The notes beneath the pieces are model-generated. The model worked only from the letters and a program-made list of their open reading frames with translations, was not told the origin of the DNA and made no database searches. This document shows, one piece after another, positions 17,889 through 25,062 of a stretch of DNA of 50,546 nt (positions within the stretch are counted from its first letter, which is position 1; each line of letters opens with the position of its first letter). The position numbers and the translations under genes are program-made. Origin of the DNA: a virus; IMG/VR virus record IMGVR_UViG_3300014864_000003; one strand, written 5' to 3'.

Positions 17889-18067
17889 CCGAGCGCCGCG
17901 TGCACCTCGCCCGCAACGATCGCGGGCTAACCGTCTGCGGGCTCGTCGCCCGAGGGCGCAACCACCGGCCACGCTGGACCGAGCCACCGCAGACGCCGCG
18001 CCCTTGGCGTTGCGCCGCCTGCCGGCGCGTGCTGAGGGCGCGAGACCGCCGCCCGATGTTAGCCTGA
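17885..18067 (+). CDS. Small basic Cys-containing protein (60 aa)
   Basis: ATGA coupling to the preceding ORF. Sequence MTERRVHLARNDRGLTVCG...WRCAACRRVL. Confidence 0.4.
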   Translation: MTERRVHLARNDRGLTVCGLVARGRNHRPRWTEPPQTPRPWRCAACRRVLRARDRRPMLA

Positions 18068-18096
18068 GGCTCGGGCACCGCGTTCCGACCCCTCGA

Positions 18097-18130
18097 CCCT
18101 CGCCGGCACGGCCGGCGAGGGTTTCTTTTT
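18097..18130 (+). terminator. Rho-independent terminator of the early rightward operon
   Basis: ccctcgccgg-cacgg-ccggcgaggg (10-bp GC stem) followed by tttcttttt, at the convergence with minus-strand ORFs. Confidence 0.85.
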
Positions 18131-18137
18131 GGCCGCC

Positions 18138-18344
18138 TCATCGGGGGGCTACCTCCCCGATCCTAGATATTTGCGACGCTGCCTCGAACAGGATACGCGC
18201 AGCCTGCGGGTTGTCGCCTGCCGCTTCCAGATTGCCAAAGCTCTGCAATATGGCGGCCAGCAGCTGCATCCGCTCGGGAAAAGGCTTGCCAGCACAGAAG
18301 TTCAAGATCGCGCTGGTGAAGCGTTCGTCCAACGAGCACCCCAT
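18138..18344 (-). CDS. Hypothetical protein (68 aa)
   Basis: ATG start 8 nt after the upstream stop. No motif. Confidence 0.4.
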   Translation of the reverse strand: MGCSLDERFTSAILNFCAGKPFPERMQLLAAILQSFGNLEAAGDNPQAARILFEAASQISRIGEVAPR

Positions 18345-18352
18345 CGGGGGGC

Positions 18353-18709
18353 CTACGCAGGTTTTGCCTCCTCGTCATACTTCGGGCGGGGGTCCTCGGG
18401 CCGCGGCTCGCCAAAGCCTAGATCGCCGCCCGCATCGTCATACTTCGGCTCAGGCTCGTCAGCCGGGTGATGCAAGGCTTCCGCCTCCAGGCGCACCTCG
18501 GGGTCGAGCAGGCCGTGGGCCGCCCTCGCATCCGAGCGAAGCGAGGGAGCGAGCCACTCGAAGTCCTGGATCTGGGTTTGCACGATCCGGCCGTCCGACA
18601 TCTGGATCAGGTCGAAGCCCTCCTCTGCCGTCTTGGCCGTGCCAAACCGGATTAAGAGGATGTGGTCCTGGTTGAGATAGCCGCTGGTCGTCTTGATAAA
18701 ACGTGACAT
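18353..18709 (-). CDS. Hypothetical protein (118 aa) with acidic PKYD[DE] repeats
   Basis: GGAGAA SD 6 nt upstream of ATG 18709. The C-terminal half is acidic, with EPEPKYDD / DPRPKYDE repeats. Confidence 0.55.
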   Translation of the reverse strand: MSRFIKTTSGYLNQDHILLIRFGTAKTAEEGFDLIQMSDGRIVQTQIQDFEWLAPSLRSDARAAHGLLDPEVRLEAEALHHPADEPEPKYDDAGGDLGFGEPRPEDPRPKYDEEAKPA

Positions 18710-18741
18710 CTTGTGTTCTCCTATTTCAACTCATAACATCC

Positions 18742-18851
18742 GGCTGAAGACCCTGAAGACCCTTCCTGTTCTTCGAGCCACGCGCGCATACGCACACATA
18801 TACGCACACACGCATACCGGTGAACGGGAAAGGTCTTCAGGGTCTTCAGCC
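18742..18851. repeat. Iteron-like inverted repeat enclosing an alternating pyrimidine-purine tract
   Basis: 20-nt perfect inverted repeat, 18742-18761 versus 18832-18851, each arm being 2 x CTGAAGACC. A 39-nt perfect Y-R alternation lies at 18779-18817. Confidence 0.9.
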
Positions 18852-20642
18852 ATAGACATCTTGTGTAGAAAGACTAGAGCCAACTAGAGTTCTTCCCTGT
18901 TCTGTGTGTTCTTTTCGGCAATCGGGAAACGCCTCGACGAATTTGCGGCTGAAATCCTGCAAGCTCGTCACGGAGTTTTCGCCACGGCTATGACACCACA
19001 GTTTGTAATCTTCTAGTGCTCTGGTCACACTCATCTGCTCCCCGGGACCAAACACACATCGCTCTCCGGCCCAAACCTTCAATGTGTCCTGATCGTCAAG
19101 ATACTGATTGGTCGCAGCAACTGCGGCCGCCGGGACCAGAGCTGATAATCCACCTCTCACCCTACGCAGGTTTTCGCCTTCGATCATCCACTGCAAAATT
19201 CCGGGATATTCGGCTACCAGGCGGTCTTTCAGCGTAATGTCGGCAACCGGCGGTGTCTGCGTAAAGGGGATCAGAACCACTCGCCGGCGCATCGCATCGT
19301 CAACATTGGTGAGCCTGGGCTGATTGTTGCCGACAAAAGTGATCTTGAATTGCGGCGTAAACTCGAACGTGTTGCGACGCATAAATCGACCGGTCAATTT
19401 GCCGTCGCGCCCGGTGAAATCTTTCAGGCGCACCACGTTAAATGTGCGGCCCTGCTCGATCTCGCTCGCAGTGATCGAGCGCACCCCATAGAGCCGCGCC
19501 ACCTCCTCGGCGTGAGCTTCGTGCTTACGCACCATAAACATGTCGGCGGCCGTGCGCGCGGCATAATCGTGCAGGATGGCGCTGGTCGTGTGCAGGAAGG
19601 TGCCCTTGCCGTTACCCCCCGGACCATAGAAGAAAACAAACTTTTCCTCGGACGTGTCACCGGTCAAGCAATACCCGGACCATGCTTGCAAAAAAGCGAT
19701 CATCTCGATGTCGCCCCCGGTACTGTCCCACAGAAACCGGTCCCAGATCGGCGTCACCATGTCGGAAGGGGCTATCAGGAGTTGCTTGGTGATCAGATGC
19801 CTCGGTTCCGGCGATGAAACCCTCCCGGTGCGCAGGTCGATCTCGCACCCCGGCGCCCCAACCAGGTACGGGTCCTGGTCCCAGGACAAGCCATCTGTCG
19901 CCAGGCGCCTGTCAGCTCGCGCCGCGATCTCGATCGATTTGGCGACAGCGATCTTGCCGATCGCTCGAACCTGCCCCGGGGTCACATCTTGCAGCCCGCA
20001 GCGATATGCTCGCGCCAGTTCGCGCGCCCAGCGAAAAGCGTGCTGGATCTCGTCCTGGCGCCAGAACCCGCCAGTCCAGCGAAACCATTTCCCCCGCACA
20101 TGATCGAACCGCAACCGGCCGTCGTGCTTATCGGCAAAAGCCTGCGCCATGCCGTCCTCCGTCGCCTCATACGAAGCTAACGGGCGCAGGACATCCGGGT
20201 CGGACGGCCCCGGCCCGATCGGCGGATCGATGTTGTCGAACTCCAGCGCGGCCAGCGAGCACAAACCGCCGCTGGTCTCGCGCAGAAGCTCGTTCAGCCG
20301 CTCGCGAACCTCGCCCATCGTGCGTCGCTCGCAGTGCCCGTGGTGGCAATGAAATCGCTCCAGGACCGGCACATACGCCGCGCCCTCGTGCTCCCGGTCG
20401 CTGTGGTCGTGGGACCACGGGCACTCCACGTCGAACCCCCAGCCCATCGTCATACTTCGGCCCAGGCCCTGTACCCGCCCCAGGAGCCGGAACGCCTGCA
20501 ATACTGCGTCGGCCTCGATCTCCAGGGGGTCGGGCATGGTGGCGGTCCCGGGACCGAAATGGGTGTGTACCGGGACCACCGCCCCCAGCTTGGCCTCGAT
20601 TAGGGGCCAGTCGGCCGCGGTGATCCGACGGTCCTCGTTCAT
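18846..20642 (-). CDS. D5/P4-family primase-associated SF3 helicase (598 aa)
   Basis: Walker A FFYGPGGNGKGT. N-terminal Cys/His cluster CPWSHDHS...HCHHGHC. ATGA coupling to the upstream prim-pol ORF. The overall layout is typical of phage/plasmid primase P4-type C-terminal domains. Confidence 0.85.
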   Translation of the reverse strand: MNEDRRITAADWPLIEAKLGAVVPVHTHFGPGTATMPDPLEIEADAVLQAFRLLGRVQGLGRSMTMGWGFDVECPWSHDHSDREHEGAAYVPVLERFHCHHGHCERRTMGEVRERLNELLRETSGGLCSLAALEFDNIDPPIGPGPSDPDVLRPLASYEATEDGMAQAFADKHDGRLRFDHVRGKWFRWTGGFWRQDEIQHAFRWARELARAYRCGLQDVTPGQVRAIGKIAVAKSIEIAARADRRLATDGLSWDQDPYLVGAPGCEIDLRTGRVSSPEPRHLITKQLLIAPSDMVTPIWDRFLWDSTGGDIEMIAFLQAWSGYCLTGDTSEEKFVFFYGPGGNGKGTFLHTTSAILHDYAARTAADMFMVRKHEAHAEEVARLYGVRSITASEIEQGRTFNVVRLKDFTGRDGKLTGRFMRRNTFEFTPQFKITFVGNNQPRLTNVDDAMRRRVVLIPFTQTPPVADITLKDRLVAEYPGILQWMIEGENLRRVRGGLSALVPAAAVAATNQYLDDQDTLKVWAGERCVFGPGEQMSVTRALEDYKLWCHSRGENSVTSLQDFSRKFVEAFPDCRKEHTEQGRTLVGSSLSTQDVYG

Positions 20643-21211
20643 GGCAGGTCTTCCCCTAAACGGGCTTGCCAGGAACGCCCCATCGGGTCCCGGTACTTGG
20701 CTTTGCCGTTGATCCCGACCGGTAAGCGGCGCCAGGTCATCGGGTCGGTCAAGTTGTCGCCGGCGCCGAGAGCTAGTTTTAGGCTCTGCAGAAACCCGCG
20801 GACCCAGGCTAGATCGGTTCTCGGTTCGATAAACCAGCCTGCCTGGAAATTGCTCGGCGAGGTTTCCAAGATGTAGCTGGCTGGCTTCCCGAGAAACTCT
20901 TCCGGTCGGCCGCGGTCAACTTTGGTTCCGTAATCGTCGATCACGATTACATGAAAGCTCACGAACTCGTACAGGGCTCGCCTTGTCCCGCGAACCAAGG
21001 AGGGACAGAAATAAGTGTTGAGCTGGCTTTGTCTTGCTGCACTCGGCAGCATCTTGGCAGGGTAAGCGGTCCAGTTCGCTTCTTGCGGGTTTTCCGGGTC
21101 TCCGGGAAACGCGGCGACCAGCGCCCGTTTCCAGTGGGCACCAAAAGCCGCCCGCAGGAACTGCTCGTTGGTGATCGGGAAAGGCACAACTGTGGTGCTG
21201 ACGGCAGACAT
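20639..21211 (-). CDS. Primase-polymerase (AEP/prim-pol-like) domain protein (190 aa)
   Basis: ORF 20639-21304 trimmed to ATG 21211 (GGGAG SD). HVIVIDDY and LETSPSNFQAGW resemble prim-pol catalytic motifs (DxD and sPg.yQaw). Confidence 0.6.
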   Translation of the reverse strand: MSAVSTTVVPFPITNEQFLRAAFGAHWKRALVAAFPGDPENPQEANWTAYPAKMLPSAARQSQLNTYFCPSLVRGTRRALYEFVSFHVIVIDDYGTKVDRGRPEEFLGKPASYILETSPSNFQAGWFIEPRTDLAWVRGFLQSLKLALGAGDNLTDPMTWRRLPVGINGKAKYRDPMGRSWQARLGEDLP

Positions 21212-21473
21212 GGGGGTCCGCTCCCTCGCGCGCGTTGAAGTGGTGGGGTTTGTCGTGGCGTGTATCGCGGGTTCGCGACAACCGGTATGACACCGGCATG
21301 ACAAGACTGCGCCACCTCGCGAGGCTCTTCAACCCGCGTTTGGCGGCCCAGAGCGAAAATCTTGCGCCGCATCCCCCGATGCGCCATATCTTGGAGCGGT
21401 GCTGGCCTCGGCCGGTATCCCTCTCGCGCGGGGGTGGTGCCCCGCCGTGGTGGTAGGCGATGTCGTGTCGCTC

Positions 21474-21516
21474 AAAAGAAAAAGGCCCCGGGCGTAAGCC
21501 CTCGGGGCCTTTTTCA
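21474..21516 (-). terminator. Rho-independent (possibly bidirectional) terminator after the lysogeny operon
   Basis: Stem aggccccg...cggggcct (21483-21510), flanked by an A-run on one side and a T-run on the other. It lies about 17 nt downstream of the stop of the 72-aa HTH gene. Confidence 0.8.
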
Positions 21517-21532
21517 ATGTGCGGGGCTCCTT

Positions 21533-21751
21533 TTAACGGTTGCGTTCGAGCCCTAACAGCTCGTGCACCGGCATGTCGAGCACCTTAGCCAGGTTCAGGA
21601 GCGTATTGATGCTGCGGGTTTCGAGCGTCTTGTCGAGATAGGAGCGAGAGACTTCAAGAGCATCGAGGGTATCCGCAATGGTTACGCCCTTCCGCTCCAC
21701 CGCGGCCTGAACCCGCTGCTTAAATGCCGCATCGTCCCAAAGCGATCTCAC
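21533..21751 (-). CDS. XRE-family HTH regulator (72 aa, GTG start)
   Basis: GGGAGGG SD 8 nt upstream of GTG 21751. ...GVTIADTLDALEVSRSYLDKTLETRSINTLLNLAKVLDMPVHELL is a classical HTH_3-type pattern. Confidence 0.7.
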   Translation of the reverse strand: MRSLWDDAAFKQRVQAAVERKGVTIADTLDALEVSRSYLDKTLETRSINTLLNLAKVLDMPVHELLGLERNR

Positions 21752-21767
21752 TGTTACGGCCCTCCCG

Positions 21768-22931
21768 CTAACCAGCCAGCCGAAGCGGTGCTGCCGCCGG
21801 CTTCGCCTTGTGGTTGATCGCGCTCTTCAGGTGCCCCGGCGTCAGGTGCAGATAGGTCGCCTCGATGACGGCGGTGGTGTCGCCCATGATCAGGCCGATG
21901 TCGCGCAAGGGGACACCGTTCATCGCCGCCAGGGACGCCCAGGTGTGCCGCAGGGTGTGAGGCGTCACCCACTCCATGCCGATCGCCGTGGTAAACGTGG
22001 TAAATCCCCCGCGCATGTATTTTGCGCCCTCCAGAACCCGGCCTTTTGCTTGGCCCCGCGGGTCCTTGGGCGCCTTGAGCCAAGCCTCTTGTAAGACCGG
22101 CATCAGGCGATCGCTGATCGGCACTTTGACCCTGCGTTTTTTGGTGATCCTCTTCCCCGGCACCTGATAGTCGACAAACCCGAGGCTCAAATTGACCCGG
22201 TCCCAGGTCAATTCCATGATGGCCGCGTAGCGGGCCGAGGTTTCCAGCCCCAATGCGATAAACACCATCACTCGCCAGGCGGCGTCCTGGGCGTGTTTAT
22301 AGCTGTGGTCCTGGTGCCCCCACGCCATCGCCTGGTCCCAGAACCATTGTTCCTGGACGGGGTCGAGAAACGCGGTTCTCGGCGCTCCCTGGGGTGGCAA
22401 CAGACCGTCGAAGGTGGGCACGTCTCCCGGCGCGATCAAACCGACGCTCGGCCGCGCCGCCCAGCGCAATACGGTCTGCAAGGCACCAAGCTCGCGGCGG
22501 ATCGTGCCGTTCGCCTTGTTGACCCGTTTGCTCGCGTACTCCTGTAGGAGGACACTGCCGGCGCTACCGGCGAGGTAATCCGCGGTGTACCCGCCCAGTT
22601 CGCGCCGGGGCGCGGCCAATATGTAGGTCGCGTTCCCTTTGCCGGCCCCGGCGGCGTGGACCAGCCACTTGGCCGACAGCTCGTCCACGGTGAGCGCCCG
22701 CGCCCTCCCCGGCGCCGGGGCGGTCACTATTGATCGCAGATCGGCGCAGAACTCCGCGAGATAAGCCTCAGCCTCAGCGCGGTCCTGCGTTTTTGTGCTC
22801 TGCTTTTTGGTGACAGATCCGGCGGCGTGGTCGGTCCACCAGACCTCCCAATACCCGCCGGTATTGGGTTTTGGGTTGAGCCGGATCTTCCGATAGTCGC
22901 CGATGCTCGGATGGTGCGATGTCGTAACCAT
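21768..22931 (-). CDS. int: Tyrosine recombinase / phage integrase (387 aa)
   Basis: C-terminal catalytic signature HTLRHTWAS...GDTTAVIEATYLHL (H-x-x-R ... Y), plus an N-terminal arm-type domain. Confidence 0.9.
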   Translation of the reverse strand: MVTTSHHPSIGDYRKIRLNPKPNTGGYWEVWWTDHAAGSVTKKQSTKTQDRAEAEAYLAEFCADLRSIVTAPAPGRARALTVDELSAKWLVHAAGAGKGNATYILAAPRRELGGYTADYLAGSAGSVLLQEYASKRVNKANGTIRRELGALQTVLRWAARPSVGLIAPGDVPTFDGLLPPQGAPRTAFLDPVQEQWFWDQAMAWGHQDHSYKHAQDAAWRVMVFIALGLETSARYAAIMELTWDRVNLSLGFVDYQVPGKRITKKRRVKVPISDRLMPVLQEAWLKAPKDPRGQAKGRVLEGAKYMRGGFTTFTTAIGMEWVTPHTLRHTWASLAAMNGVPLRDIGLIMGDTTAVIEATYLHLTPGHLKSAINHKAKPAAAPLRLAG

Positions 22932-23068
22932 GTGTGAAAGTCATCCTCCGGTATGAGAACAGGCCGGCCTGCAATCCACGGCAGTCCTGCCTGGCGCCGC
23001 AGCCGCGCGATCTTGTGAACCGAACAACGCAATACGAGGGCTGCCTCGGCTTGCGTCAGGTACTTCAT
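22727..23068 (-). CDS. Excisionase-like HTH protein (113 aa as read; HTH in the first ~46 aa)
   Basis: MKYLTQAEAALVLRCSVHKIARLRRQAGLPWIAGRPVLIPEDDFHTWL is an Xis/MerR-type HTH_17 pattern. ATGA coupling to the repressor gene. The reading frame runs 205 nt into int in another frame. Confidence 0.55.
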   Translation of the reverse strand: MKYLTQAEAALVLRCSVHKIARLRRQAGLPWIAGRPVLIPEDDFHTWLRHRTIRASATIGRSGSTQNPIPAGIGRSGGPTTPPDLSPKSRAQKRRTALRLRLISRSSAPICDQ

Positions 23069-23694
23069 TTTGTTGCCTGGTTCTTGGTGTCGGTGCCGCC
23101 GACTATCGTGCCGACTTGCGGGTTAACCTCGGTATCTTCGCCCGGGTGTCCGCTTATTTCGGCTTCTTTGAGGATGCGACGGATCTGTTCGGCAACCTTC
23201 CAGTGCACTACCCGGTCTATCTGTAATCGGGTTTTGGTCGGTTGTGCCGGCAGTTCTGTCAGGATCAGTTCGCCGGTGCTGGCGCTGGGTGTTCGTCGCG
23301 ATTGTCCAGCGGGACGATCGCCCGGTGTCGGTCCCGGGTTGCTCGTCAACTCTTCGACCGACACGCCGACCGCGTTGGCGATTTTTTGTAGGGTCTCGGG
23401 TTCGGGATAGGTGGCGCCGCTCGTATATTGACCCATACGATCCCGGTTTTTCGCCACCGTAAAGCCGCGCTTGTCCTTGGTGGTCCCCCAGATCCTCCGG
23501 GCGATCTCGGACTTAGACAGGCCGGCCTTGGTCATGGCGTCCTGCAGTTTTTCGGCGAAGAGCCGGTTTTTTGGGGGTACCCCGGCGAGCTTGTCGACCT
23601 TTTGTTGGGCTCGTCGTCTGGGTCCTGTTCGTGCATGTTTGGCCTCCCACAACACACGTTGTTGGGGGCTATCCTGCGCGCGCACCGTGTCCAC
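23065..23694 (-). CDS. XRE/CI-like repressor (about 206-209 aa; GTG start at 23694 or 23685)
   Basis: HTH_3-type segment NRLFAEKLQDAMTKAGLSKSEIARRIWG...QYTSGATYPEPETLQKIANAVGVSVEEL. It is divergent from the Cro-like gene across a palindrome-rich region. Confidence 0.7.
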   Translation of the reverse strand: MDTVRAQDSPQQRVLWEAKHARTGPRRRAQQKVDKLAGVPPKNRLFAEKLQDAMTKAGLSKSEIARRIWGTTKDKRGFTVAKNRDRMGQYTSGATYPEPETLQKIANAVGVSVEELTSNPGPTPGDRPAGQSRRTPSASTGELILTELPAQPTKTRLQIDRVVHWKVAEQIRRILKEAEISGHPGEDTEVNPQVGTIVGGTDTKNQATK

Positions 23695-23806
23695 CTCAAG
23701 CGGTTTTTTTGTCGATCACATCCTCGCTCATTTGTCAGGCCCCTAATCCTGAAAGTTGTCCATAGACTTGTCCACACCCGGAGGATATGACACACTCTGG
23801 TGCTAA

Positions 23807-23913
23807 ACACAACAACTTGTGTAAAGAACCACCAGAATTGGCTAGTCGGGGACCAGTGACACACAGATTGTGTGTCAATCACTTTTCTGTTGACTTTTCC
23901 ACAATACGTTGTG
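23807..23913. promoter_or_regulatory. Three ACACA/TGTGT-armed palindromes (candidate operators) in the repressor/cro intergenic region
   Basis: acacaa-caac-ttgtgt at 23807-23822; gacacaca-gat-tgtgtgtc at 23858-23876; cacaa-tacg-ttgtg at 23900-13. A tandem gttgcccgat x2 also lies at 23921-23940. Confidence 0.6.
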
Positions 23914-24028
23914 TCGGGCAGTTGCCCGATGTTGCCCGATACAGACAGGCAGTTCCGGCAAAACACTTTTCACAGACGGCTTCGGTCCTATATGTTGGCA
24001 AGGAGCAAAATCTGCGACGAGGTGACGC

Positions 24029-24322
24029 ATGGTGAACTTTGATGTGGCCCACGTCTTCCGCGTTTTCGGTGGTCCCCGGAAACTGCTCGACCTGCTGGAC
24101 CGCCATCAGCCAGGACACGGTCTCAACTATAATCAGGTCCAGATGTGGGCCAGGCGTCAGGTCCCGGGGAAATACATCGGCGCTGTCCTGTACACCATCA
24201 TCATGGCCAGACACGACGTGAGCGAGTTCCTGACCGAGGACGAGTTTGTTGTCCCGCCTCCGCCGCCGGGCAGCTCGGGCAACAAGACAAGGGTGCCGCG
24301 TAATGCGCGTCCTGGGGGTTGA
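24029..24322 (+). CDS. Cro/YdaS-like small DNA-binding protein (97 aa)
   Basis: GAGGTG SD 5 nt upstream. FGGPRKLLDLL...LNYNQVQMWARRQVPGKYIGAVL resembles YdaS/Cro-type HTH proteins. It is the first gene of the rightward operon, opposite the repressor. Confidence 0.55.
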   Translation: MVNFDVAHVFRVFGGPRKLLDLLDRHQPGHGLNYNQVQMWARRQVPGKYIGAVLYTIIMARHDVSEFLTEDEFVVPPPPPGSSGNKTRVPRNARPGG

Positions 24323-24770
24323 CCCCGGCGCGACAGGTGCGCTCGCGATGCTCGATACCGAGCTTGCCGCCCTGGTCGTTTGCGATATGCCCTCGACGTT
24401 GATCAAGATCGGCAAAAACCACCGCCGCCAGATCAGCGAGTTCTGGCTGGCGGATACCTTGCGGGTCTATCAGCCCGACACTGCCTGGATCGAGCGCGTC
24501 CACGCTTTACCCAAGCAGGGCGTGACCAGCTCGTTCTCGTTCGGGCTGTCCTATGGCCTGGTCCGCGGCGTCCTCGCCGCGCTCGGCATCCAGGTGCAGC
24601 TGGTCACCCCGCAGGAGTGGAAACGGAGCTTCCGGCTTGGTCCCGACAAGGCAGAAGCCCGCCTGATCGCCTCGCGGCTGTTCCCGGCCAACGCATCCTA
24701 TTTCACGCGCGCCAAGGACGACGGTCGGGCCGAGGCGGCGCTGTTGGCGCTGTTCGGGGCTAATCATTAG
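24303..24770 (+). CDS. ruvC: RuvC-like Holliday junction resolvase (155 aa)
   Basis: Trimmed to ATG 24303. Motifs MRVLGVDPG (first catalytic Asp), WIERVH, and C-terminal AKDDGRAEAALLA are as in RuvC-family resolvases. Confidence 0.8.
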   Translation: MRVLGVDPGATGALAMLDTELAALVVCDMPSTLIKIGKNHRRQISEFWLADTLRVYQPDTAWIERVHALPKQGVTSSFSFGLSYGLVRGVLAALGIQVQLVTPQEWKRSFRLGPDKAEARLIASRLFPANASYFTRAKDDGRAEAALLALFGANH

Positions 24771-24780
24771 AACTAAAGAC

Positions 24781-24803
24781 GCCGGCAGGACGGGCCTGCC
24801 GGC
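24781..24803 (+). other. GC hairpin downstream of ruvC
   Basis: gccggcagg-acggg-cctgccggc (9-bp stem). No U-run. It is immediately followed by a strong SD. Confidence 0.6.
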
Positions 24804-24822
24804 GCTTCAGAAGGAGAGCGAG

Positions 24823-24903
24823 ATGGGTACGCGCCATCAGCTGCTCCGGGTACGGATTGTGGTGATCTGGCGCATCCGCGTCAAGATCATTTGCAGGAAG
24901 TAG
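24823..24903 (+). CDS. Candidate 26-aa Arg-rich amphipathic peptide
   Basis: AAGGAGAG SD 6 nt upstream of the ATG. Hand translation: MGTRHQLLRVRIVVIWRIRVKIICRK. It is bracketed by a hairpin and a terminator. Confidence 0.3.
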   Translation: MGTRHQLLRVRIVVIWRIRVKIICRK

Positions 24904-24910
24904 TCGGAGA

Positions 24911-24945
24911 GGGCCAGTCCGAGAGGGCTGGCCCGCTTCTTGTCC
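24911..24945 (+). terminator. Rho-independent terminator
   Basis: gggccagtcc-gaga-gggctggccc (10 bp including one G-U pair, GNRA loop) followed by gcttcttgt. Confidence 0.65.
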
Positions 24946-24972
24946 TATCGTGTGTTAGGGCGACTTTCCGGC

Positions 24973-25002
24973 TTGACAGGACAAACGCCACCAGCCCATA
25001 TT
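24973..25002 (+). promoter_or_regulatory. Sigma70-type promoter candidate for the replication operon
   Basis: TTGACA (24973-24978), 18 nt, then CATATT (24997-25002). It sits between the terminator and the SNF2 start at 25063. Confidence 0.55.
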
Positions 25003-25062
25003 AGCCCCTGTTAACCAAAAACCCCCACAGGATGTAACGTCTTGTGGTGACAGGGGATTTCC

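Noticed and set aside
18433-18449. 17-nt exact repeat catcgtcatacttcggc, also at 20445-20461 inside the helicase gene
   Set aside because: The two copies are read in different frames in two coding regions. One such match in 50 kb is only borderline unexpected, and I see no associated structure.
23873-23895. TTGACA (minus strand) and TTGACT (plus strand) boxes in the switch region as defined promoters
   Set aside because: I could not find acceptable -10 hexamers at 16-18 nt from either box. They are therefore mentioned only as context, not annotated as promoters.
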